Source: Fibrobacteria bacterium
GTDB lineage: Bacteria > Fibrobacterota > Fibrobacteria > UBA11236
NCBI GenBank assembly: GCA_043745805.1
Contig: JAYTSD010000020.1
Span: forward strand, 96,001-160,000
Reading direction: 5' to 3'
DNA: 64,000 bases
The notes beneath the pieces are model-generated. The model saw only the letters and a program-made list of their open reading frames with translations. It ran no database searches and was not told where the DNA came from. Both the position numbers and the translations under genes were made by a program. This document shows, one piece after another, positions 48,350 through 56,158 of the stretch. Within the stretch, counting starts at the first letter, position 1; each line of letters starts with the position of its first letter.

Positions 48350-49528
48350 TCAAGTCCATTTTTCCTGCCAACCCAAAGCTAAGGCTTTAAAAACCAAGTT
48401 TGGAAAATCAATCGAATTTGTCGCCCATTCCGCTAATTGCCTGCGCATGGAGGGGTAACATTCTGGTTTACAAGCTAAACACGAAGCCAATAAAGCGGCC
48501 TGTTGAATCAGTAATTCATGTCCTGCGCTTTCGGGCAGCACTTTATAAATAATTCTGTCGCGTATTTCCGCCAAAGCATACGCACAACCGACCGTTTGCG
48601 GTTCATGTACCAAGGCTTGATAATTATCTTGGGCGCGTGCAAAATTTTCTGGAGACAAAATTTTTTGCAAACCGGCAATTAAAGTTATATCATCCACACC
48701 GAAGCGTCTTAAGGCATGCACTAAATTTCTTGTTAAAGCAGGCTCCAAACCATTTTGCCAAATCAAAGCTTGTCGCAAAGCCTTCATCATCGCTTGCGCT
48801 AAAATTTCTCCCAATTTTCCATGCTTCCCAGTCCAAGTTTTAGGAATTCTATCATCTATTGGCGCCGCCAAACAAAATTGATCGGTTCCCGTTCCGGTGG
48901 CCAGGCCTTGCGAGGAGCGGCTCGATATGGCAAGCTCTAGTAATACAGCACTTTTTGCTTCAGTCATGGTGGCCACGGCGCGAGTTAAAGCCGCGGGTGC
49001 TAAAGGCCAATTAAAAAGCAAAAGCGTATTAATTGTTCCGCCCTCCGCATGTACTTTGTGCCATTGATTTTCCCCTTCGTGCCAAAGTGCCTTATCGCCA
49101 GCGCGTCCGGCATTGCCTTGTACACCAGCTGTTACGATGGCGCAGACAGAAATTTCCGCATAACTTTCTTCCACGATGGCCACATTTTGCATATTGGCGG
49201 CGGTACCCATCACGGCTGTTTCAAGTTCAGGCAAGCTTGTTTCGGCACATACTTGGCGATGATATTCTTCGCGAGGTAAATCATGATAAGGACCACTATG
49301 CCCTTTTCCTTCACAACTTTGATGATTGAGGAGGTAACGTAGATGTTTATTTTGCCCACCATTTATCTGTGAGGTGGTTAATGTAAGATGAGGTCCATGC
49401 AATTCACTCCACAAAAATTTGCCTTGGCGAAATACGGTAAAATATTTTCCTTGATGTATAGATAAAGCTTGGGATAAAGCCTGAGACGGTACTTCTGTGT
49501 TACCTTGATTCGAAATAGATTCCTTCAT
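48350..49528 (-). CDS. cbiZ: Adenosylcobinamide amidohydrolase
   Basis: Motifs GTAANM, VTAGVQGNA, GTINT, TMTEAKS, ATGTGTDQ, GKHGKLG. Confidence 0.9.
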   Translation of the reverse strand: MKESISNQGNTEVPSQALSQALSIHQGKYFTVFRQGKFLWSELHGPHLTLTTSQINGGQNKHLRYLLNHQSCEGKGHSGPYHDLPREEYHRQVCAETSLPELETAVMGTAANMQNVAIVEESYAEISVCAIVTAGVQGNAGRAGDKALWHEGENQWHKVHAEGGTINTLLLFNWPLAPAALTRAVATMTEAKSAVLLELAISSRSSQGLATGTGTDQFCLAAPIDDRIPKTWTGKHGKLGEILAQAMMKALRQALIWQNGLEPALTRNLVHALRRFGVDDITLIAGLQKILSPENFARAQDNYQALVHEPQTVGCAYALAEIRDRIIYKVLPESAGHELLIQQAALLASCLACKPECYPSMRRQLAEWATNSIDFPNLVFKALALGWQEKWT

Positions 49529-50289
49529 TTGCCTTCTCCTCCAATAAGTGCATCCAAAGAAAATAGTTTACGAAACTCCGCATCTTCTCGAAACTCCTTC
49601 GCGGAACCCTTTTGCAAAAGACCTCCCGGATGGAGTAACCAAATTTGGTCTACCGCCTTCAAAACTAATTCAGGATCGTGCGCAGAAAATAAAATACCTT
49701 GGGAAGTTTCTCGCGTTAATTTTCTAAGCAATTGCAATACTTCCACTTTATGCGGCCAATCTAAAAAGGCTAAAGGTTCGTCTAAAATTAGTACGGGGGT
49801 TTGTTGGGCTAAACAACGGGCGAGTAACACCCTTTGTTTTTCTCCATCGCTGAGTTCCGAAAAAAGTCGCGCGGATAAATTAGTGACATCTAAGGCTTGT
49901 AAAGAATTACTAATAATAGTTTCATCCGCTTCCGAAAGGTTTCCCCAATAATCGGTATGTGGATGCCGACCTAAAGCCACTAATTCGTAAACTTTTATTT
50001 CGCCCCATGCTATTCTATCGGTAAGTAATACTGCCAATATTTTTGCGCGCTCGGAAGCGCTATATTGCACCAGCAAATCTCCAGTAACATTAATGTAACC
50101 TGCAAGGCTGTTTTGTAATCCCGCTAGCGTGCGCAATAAAGTAGATTTACCCGCGCCATTATAGCCCAATAAACCAATTAATTCTCCGGAACGGATTTGT
50201 AAATTTAAAGCTTGTGCTAAGATCCGATTTTTTCCATGCTGAGTATAACCGATAGCTAAATCATGAGCATCCAATAAAAGAGATTTCAA
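49525..50289 (-). CDS. Cobalamin/iron-chelate ABC transporter ATP-binding protein (BtuD/FecE-like)
   Basis: Motifs GYNGAGKST, LGRHPH, LSDGEKQR, LDEPLAFLD. The likely start is TTG 50289, overlapping the permease stop. Confidence 0.9.
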   Translation of the reverse strand: MKSLLLDAHDLAIGYTQHGKNRILAQALNLQIRSGELIGLLGYNGAGKSTLLRTLAGLQNSLAGYINVTGDLLVQYSASERAKILAVLLTDRIAWGEIKVYELVALGRHPHTDYWGNLSEADETIISNSLQALDVTNLSARLFSELSDGEKQRVLLARCLAQQTPVLILDEPLAFLDWPHKVEVLQLLRKLTRETSQGILFSAHDPELVLKAVDQIWLLHPGGLLQKGSAKEFREDAEFRKLFSLDALIGGEGK

Positions 50290-51317
50290 AATCCACCTCG
50301 TCTTCGCAATAAAAGCAAAATTACAATCGGCGCCCCTAATAATGAAAGGATGGTATTTAATGGCAAGATATGCCCCGATCCGGGTAATTGGGTTAATGCA
50401 TCCGCACCTATTGCGACAATGCCACCGAGTAAAATACAGACGGGTAACAAAATGCGATGATCGGCGGTGCGGAAAAGGTAACGTGCGGCATGTGGTACGG
50501 CTAAACCTAAAAAGGCTAAGGGTCCACAATAGGCGGTTACGGCTCCGGTTAATAAACAGGTGGAAAATAATAGGATCCAACGGGATTGCCGCAAGGAAAC
50601 CCCTAGGCTACGGGCATATTGATCGCCTAATAATAAAGCATTCATAGCCTTCATAGCAAAAAAGCTGAACAAAATCCCCATTAATATTAAAGACGCCATG
50701 AGGGGTAACCTTTGCCAAGAAACACCTGCAAAAGTTCCGAAATTCCATAAAGCATAGGATTGTACTTGGGCGGCTTGCGCGGAGGCTAAAAGTACATTCA
50801 CTAGTGCGCCCACGGCATACCCGAGCATAATCCCTAATAATAGCAAAGGAAGATTGCCTTCTAAGCGTTTGGCGGCCCAAAGTATAATCGCCATGACTAT
50901 TGCGGAACCTAACATGGCAGCGAATTGTATCCCCAACCCTCCCACCATATTACCGAGCCAAGAAGTGGGAATGGTAAGTAACACTAATGATACCCCCAAA
51001 CTGGCTCCAGAACTTATTCCTAAAACAAAAGGATCAGCCAAGGGATTACGAAATAGAGTTTGCATTTGCAAGCCGCTCACGGATAAAGCAATGCCGGCCA
51101 ATAAGGCCGCTAAATTTTTGGGGAAACGAAATTCCCAAAAAATAGCCAGCCAACTCAATTTTTCCGGCGTATGACCTAAGAGCATATTTTTAATCGCGGA
51201 AAGTGGAATAGAAACTGATCCCCAAGTCAAATTGAAAATAAAAATTATCAGCAAGACTAATACTAATAGGGATAATTTAGCCCAAGGGTAACCGGAAGAT
51301 TTCATCAAGGCCTTCAT
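50286..51317 (-). CDS. Cobalamin/iron-chelate ABC transporter permease (BtuC/FecCD family)
   Basis: Motifs MQTLFRNPLADPFVLGISSGA, ARSLG, GPLAFLGLAVPH. Confidence 0.92.
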   Translation of the reverse strand: MKALMKSSGYPWAKLSLLVLVLLIIFIFNLTWGSVSIPLSAIKNMLLGHTPEKLSWLAIFWEFRFPKNLAALLAGIALSVSGLQMQTLFRNPLADPFVLGISSGASLGVSLVLLTIPTSWLGNMVGGLGIQFAAMLGSAIVMAIILWAAKRLEGNLPLLLLGIMLGYAVGALVNVLLASAQAAQVQSYALWNFGTFAGVSWQRLPLMASLILMGILFSFFAMKAMNALLLGDQYARSLGVSLRQSRWILLFSTCLLTGAVTAYCGPLAFLGLAVPHAARYLFRTADHRILLPVCILLGGIVAIGADALTQLPGSGHILPLNTILSLLGAPIVILLLLRRRGGF

Positions 51318-52468
51318 TCTAGTTTATGAAACCATTTCAAGGAATGTTGTGGTAATAATTCGGGATGGAAAATAGTTAGCATATCGGCCAGGAGAGCCGC
51401 TGGATCGGCAGCCCCTTCTTCGAAAATATCATTTCCTCCTTCAGGAGTAACGCGTGCATTATTGTTAAAAACATTTTTGTTGCGAAAGGCTTTAAAAAGA
51501 TTATAGCGTTCATCCTGCTCCAAGCCCTCGTTCAAAGAATTCCAGTTAGACGGATTAATCCAAAAATCGGCGGCTGAGGCTTTGTCCAAAACACTTTCAA
51601 AGTTCAGCGGAAGAATTTCGCTGGATGAATCCTCGGCCCATAAATATTTTGCACCTGCATCATTCAAAATTTTGGCGACATAACTATTCCCTCCCGACAT
51701 ATGCCAAGTGCCGCCGAATAAAGCATTCACAAATACTGTGGGAGAGGACTTTGCTTGACGACTTAAAATTGCCAAGTCTTCATACTGCCTAGCTGTTTTT
51801 ACAAATAAACTTTCGGCTAAAGCCTCTTGATTAAAAAATGCCGCGATGAATTTAATCCATTCTGCGCGACCCAGTGGGTGACTTTCCAAATAAGAAGCAT
51901 TCAAAACCATGGGCAATTTGGCCAAGTTTATTTTTTCATTATTTAGATCTTTTTCTTCTACTGCAAAACTAATAATGAGATCCGGAGCTAATTCTAAAGT
52001 ACGCTCTATATTAATTTGATTATTACTTGCTAAAGCTATGACTTTGCCATTAGCAAGAGCCTCGCGAATTTTTGGATTATACACGTAATTTGCTTCTCCA
52101 ACGGCCACTAAATGATCGAGTAAGTTTAAATGATCTAGGTGGGGGAAATCGGTGGCGGAAAGTAATGCGATGTGATTTACAGGGGTGCGAATAATGACCT
52201 GTCCCATAAGGTACAGTGGGATGGGTTGATTTTTGGGCACTAAAAAATAATGCTGTGAGGCTTTGGCGCCGAGCCATGGTTTGCGAACAATAATTTCGGT
52301 ATACAGGGCGTGATGAATGATTTGTAATCCGTTGGAATAATGCATGGGGACAGCATCCCCTTTTTCAGTCAAAACAGGACTTTGACGTTCCTTAAATTTG
52401 CATGAAAGGCAAAAAAAGGAAAAGCATAGGTATAGACTCAAAATGACCGAAGGTGATTTTTTCATCAT
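51314..52468 (-). CDS. Cobalamin/iron-chelate ABC transporter substrate-binding lipoprotein
   Basis: Lipobox CLSC; motifs RTPVNHI, ESHPLGRAEWIKF, ADFWIN, IFHPELL. Confidence 0.9.
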   Translation of the reverse strand: MMKKSPSVILSLYLCFSFFCLSCKFKERQSPVLTEKGDAVPMHYSNGLQIIHHALYTEIIVRKPWLGAKASQHYFLVPKNQPIPLYLMGQVIIRTPVNHIALLSATDFPHLDHLNLLDHLVAVGEANYVYNPKIREALANGKVIALASNNQINIERTLELAPDLIISFAVEEKDLNNEKINLAKLPMVLNASYLESHPLGRAEWIKFIAAFFNQEALAESLFVKTARQYEDLAILSRQAKSSPTVFVNALFGGTWHMSGGNSYVAKILNDAGAKYLWAEDSSSEILPLNFESVLDKASAADFWINPSNWNSLNEGLEQDERYNLFKAFRNKNVFNNNARVTPEGGNDIFEEGAADPAALLADMLTIFHPELLPQHSLKWFHKLE

Positions 52469-52611
52469 CGAAATATATCTCCTCCCAAGGATGTTGTAAA
52501 AAGATTCGTCGCAAACCCTTTATTTTAGGGCTTCGCATACATTTGATTGGGAATCATTTGGATTTTTTTTATATATAAAAAATCGAACCGACAATTAATC
52601 CAGAGGCTACT

Positions 52612-53388
52612 TTGGAAGAGAATATTTTCCCTACCGGCACTAACAAAAAGTTTAGTTCCATTGACGCGCATGCACTCCGCGCAAGATTGGATGAGTATTT
52701 TTCTAGTCAACATAACGGTGAACATTTAACCGTCGAATTACCTATTTCCATGCTTTTAGAAATGGAAAAGAGTGTAGAAAAATCCTATGCCGAACCCGAC
52801 GAAAAAACTTTAGCCGACGAAGCCGAAAGACAAAAGTGGAATAAAGAGTTGGGTAATCATTTGCGTCGTGTAGCAGCCTATGCTAAACTCTTGGCGCAAA
52901 AACTGGGCATGAGTGATGAAGAAGTTAAAATCATTAAACAAATTTCTCCCATGCATGATATTGGCAAAGGAGCTATTCCCGAATCAATTTTACACAAGCC
53001 CGCTAAACTCACAGTAGAAGAATTTGAAATCATGAAAACCCATACGCAATGGGGTTATGATTTGCTTAAAGATTGTAAAATGGAAATGCTCCAATTAGGG
53101 GCGATGGTGGCAGTACAACACCAAGAAAAATTCGATGGGTCGGGTTATCCGAATGGCTTAAAGGGTGAAGAAATTCATATCTATAGCCGCATCACTACCG
53201 TGGCCGATGTATTCGATGCTTTAGCGAGCGAGCGTAGTTATAAAAAAGCTTGGGATATTGAGGCTATCGTGCAATATTTTCAATGCGAACGCGGTGGTCA
53301 CTTTGATCCCCTATTAGTGGATGTACTACTAGAAAATTTACCTGAAATTCTTGAGATTAAAAAGGCCTTTGCGGAAAAGGGCGAGTAA
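52612..53388 (+). CDS. HD-GYP domain cyclic-dinucleotide phosphodiesterase
   Basis: Motifs NHLRRVA, MHDIGK, HQEKFDGSGYP, VADVFDAL. Confidence 0.9.
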   Translation: MEENIFPTGTNKKFSSIDAHALRARLDEYFSSQHNGEHLTVELPISMLLEMEKSVEKSYAEPDEKTLADEAERQKWNKELGNHLRRVAAYAKLLAQKLGMSDEEVKIIKQISPMHDIGKGAIPESILHKPAKLTVEEFEIMKTHTQWGYDLLKDCKMEMLQLGAMVAVQHQEKFDGSGYPNGLKGEEIHIYSRITTVADVFDALASERSYKKAWDIEAIVQYFQCERGGHFDPLLVDVLLENLPEILEIKKAFAEKGE

Positions 53389-53416
53389 CGCTTAATTAAA
53401 GCGACGAAGCCGTGAT

Positions 53417-53788
53417 TTAGTCGCCCAGTAATTCCTGAACTAAATTCATTAAAGCATGCAAACGAAATGGCTTTTGCAAAAAGGCCACTCCCGGCTGATC
53501 CAGTGCTTTTTGTATAGTGTCATTGCTATTCCCAGTATATCCCGAAATAAAAAGCACTTTTAAATGGGGATGAATAGCGCGAATTTTCACCATTAAATCA
53601 GGACCACTCATACGCGGCATGACTACATCGGTAATCATTAATTTTAAAGGCTCTAAATGCGATTCAGCTAATTCAATCGCTTCATTACCTTGGGAGGCAA
53701 ACAATACGATATAACCGCGACTTTCCAGTATTTCGCGAATGAGCCTTCGAAGCAGCTCTTCATCTTCCACTAAGAGAATCGTAGTCAT
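53417..53788 (-). CDS. Single-domain response regulator (receiver)
   Basis: Motifs LLVEDE, ITDVVMP, ISGY, FLQKPF. Confidence 0.93.
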   Translation of the reverse strand: MTTILLVEDEELLRRLIREILESRGYIVLFASQGNEAIELAESHLEPLKLMITDVVMPRMSGPDLMVKIRAIHPHLKVLFISGYTGNSNDTIQKALDQPGVAFLQKPFRLHALMNLVQELLGD

Positions 53789-53828
53789 TATGGAGAAGGT
53801 AAAAAAGCTTTAGTTAAAACGGAAAAAA

Positions 53829-54986
53829 TTAAGGCAGAAAAATTTCTTTAAAAGCCATGGTACTATCAGCTGGCATAGAGGAAATGGAAAAATGCGTGAT
53901 CCCGATAACTTGATCATACTGTGACTTAACATACACGCGCCAATCCCCTGCGAGAAGATTTTGCTTATAGGTAAAACCACGAAAACCATTTTGCCTACCG
54001 CCGAAAATGGGATACCCTATTTTTGAAACAACCTTCCAATTTTTGTGAGATTTGTCATAATATTGCCATTCATGATAAATATGGGTATCTATACCGGAAG
54101 GAAGAAATAACGCGGAATAGCAGTATAATTTTTCCCCAGGAAATAAATGCACTTCCTGTTCGGTGCTTTTCCAGAACTCCCAAAAGGCAGGTTTTTCAAT
54201 TCGCAGCGCAAATCCTCCCGCCTGCTTTTCTAAATTACGCGCCATACGCAAATCTTTTTTCACCAAGGGTACTGGCGGTAAAGCATGGAAAAGAAATAAT
54301 AAACCCATAGTGCCTCCCACTAAGTAACTAGGGAAAATATTTCCTTTCGCTAGGGGGCTTAAACGTCGCACGCCTAAGGTTATGCCAATTCCCAAAGCAA
54401 TACTTATAAAAAACCAAATGGGATTTAGGCTGTGAAATAAATGCGGTAAAGCAAAATTAAAATACAGAATACCGGCAAAAGTGAATAAGGACCAAGATAA
54501 GGTAAAGCGATGATAATGCTTGTCCCAAAACTCATTTGCCACCAATAAAAAAATCAAAGTCCCGGTGAATACAAAGCTAGGCCAATAACTGGAGCTAAGG
54601 AAATAAAAAATAACTAGAGCACTGAAAATACTACCAAAACAAAATTGCAATAAAAAATTGGGAACTTCTTTCCAAGGAAAACCATTTTGCTCCTCAAGGG
54701 TTTCTATTTCCATTCTGAGATTTTGCCTTGCCATGATAGGTAACATAGCAGCTGCTCCCAAATAATAAGCCAGTAGAATAAAAAGGTCTAAGGCTTGTAT
54801 ATTTTTTCCCAAGGAATAGGCGTCCCAAAGAAAACCTCCAATAAAGGCGGTGGCCGGAAAATAGGGTTTTATTTTTTGATATGGCTTAACGACGAGATGC
54901 GATGCTTTCATTATTTTAAAAATAAATCCTCTATGACCTTCTTTTAAAGTCCTTTGGACAATAAAACTTTTTAATTTGAGAGACAT
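53829..54986 (-). CDS. DUF2914-domain membrane protein
   Basis: Motifs FIGGFLWD, LQFCFG, PPVPL, IYHEW, GGRQNGFRGFTYK, GDWRV. The start may be ATG 54911. Confidence 0.75.
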   Translation of the reverse strand: MSLKLKSFIVQRTLKEGHRGFIFKIMKASHLVVKPYQKIKPYFPATAFIGGFLWDAYSLGKNIQALDLFILLAYYLGAAAMLPIMARQNLRMEIETLEEQNGFPWKEVPNFLLQFCFGSIFSALVIFYFLSSSYWPSFVFTGTLIFLLVANEFWDKHYHRFTLSWSLFTFAGILYFNFALPHLFHSLNPIWFFISIALGIGITLGVRRLSPLAKGNIFPSYLVGGTMGLLFLFHALPPVPLVKKDLRMARNLEKQAGGFALRIEKPAFWEFWKSTEQEVHLFPGEKLYCYSALFLPSGIDTHIYHEWQYYDKSHKNWKVVSKIGYPIFGGRQNGFRGFTYKQNLLAGDWRVYVKSQYDQVIGITHFSISSMPADSTMAFKEIFLP

Positions 54987-55059
54987 CCTACTTCATCTCT
55001 TTCGAGGGCGGTAGAAATTTCAAGATTACCAGAAAGTTGCAAAAGCAAGAAAGCTTCAT

Positions 55060-56133
55060 TTGTCAAGCACAGATCCTTCTCAAAACCATTCAAATCCTTT
55101 GGATAAATTCGCGTCTTCGCCCATTCGAAAGCATCGTCGATTATTTTGGTTTACATTTATACTCGCTTTATTGATCTCTTTAGTGTTACATCGCTGTTAC
55201 CAAGAAGCTATTTTAAAAATCCCCCCATTACCCGCGCCAGTCCATGGCGAGGCAAAAAATGCAAGCCAGGACAGCAGTTTTAAGCCCGCTATTCCCCTGA
55301 CTCCCAAAATATTGGTGCCCACGACTCTTCAAAAACCTAAACTCGTCTTAAAAGAGATTTTACCTAAAGCTAAAATCGTCCTCTCCGACTCTGCACCCTA
55401 CGTGTATGCTGATCCTTGGGGCGGGAGACATTTTGATTCTGTGGAAGTCAAATTGTTTTGTCGCGGGAATTGTGTGGTGCTGTATTCTTTGGAAGACAGT
55501 ATTCATTTTAAAAGCTATGAAAATCCACTAACCTTTCGACGCAATACCACACTTTGGATAACCGCTGTGGATTCCTTGGCGCGCCAAACCCAACCTTTAC
55601 GCATCGAATATATTATCGAAAAAGATCAAGGCTTATGCCGGCGTGGCATGATGCCGCTCACTGTAAAGGAAAAAAACCTCTGCATGGATATTTATGAATG
55701 GCCGAATAAGGCGGGAGAGCTTCCTCAGGCTTCGGTAAATCAGGCGCAAGCGGCAGATTCTTGTCAACGAGTGGGTAAACGTTTATGTGCCTTAGACGAA
55801 TGGCAAAGCGCTTGTCACGGTCCTGCCAAGGATGCCTACCCATATGGACCAAAATACAATACCCAATATTGCGTCACTAAAGAAAATGCTGCCGAACGTT
55901 CTGGAAGAACTCCCGCTTGCCGGTCCTATTATGGTAACATGGATATGACGGGTAACTTATGGGAATGGACTTCTACGCCGGCTCCTGAAAATGAAGATTT
56001 CTTTTGGGTGGTTGGAGGTCAATGGAGTACTGGACCGGAAGGAACTTGTAGTTTGCATCGCTATAGCTTTTATCCTCAAAATCAATATCCTTTTGTGGGC
56101 TTTCGTTGCTGTGCCGAAATGGATAAAAAGTAA
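55060..56133 (+). CDS. Membrane-anchored FGE-sulfatase (SUMF1-like) domain protein
   Basis: N-terminal TM helix, Fn3-like segment, then CMDIYEW, GKRLC..EW..AC, YPYG, DMTGNLWEW, GFRCC. Confidence 0.82.
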   Translation: MSSTDPSQNHSNPLDKFASSPIRKHRRLFWFTFILALLISLVLHRCYQEAILKIPPLPAPVHGEAKNASQDSSFKPAIPLTPKILVPTTLQKPKLVLKEILPKAKIVLSDSAPYVYADPWGGRHFDSVEVKLFCRGNCVVLYSLEDSIHFKSYENPLTFRRNTTLWITAVDSLARQTQPLRIEYIIEKDQGLCRRGMMPLTVKEKNLCMDIYEWPNKAGELPQASVNQAQAADSCQRVGKRLCALDEWQSACHGPAKDAYPYGPKYNTQYCVTKENAAERSGRTPACRSYYGNMDMTGNLWEWTSTPAPENEDFFWVVGGQWSTGPEGTCSLHRYSFYPQNQYPFVGFRCCAEMDKK

Positions 56134-56158
56134 CCGTATTATTATTATCTTCTAGCCC

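Noticed and set aside
50290-50580. N-terminal 97 aa of ORF 49525..50580
   Set aside because: It overlaps the permease gene in another frame; a coupled TTG start at 50289 gives a normal ATPase.
52469-52611. Cobalamin riboswitch upstream of the corrinoid operon
   Set aside because: No B12-box or conserved GGGAA/GCCACTG elements are visible, and the leader is short and AT-rich.
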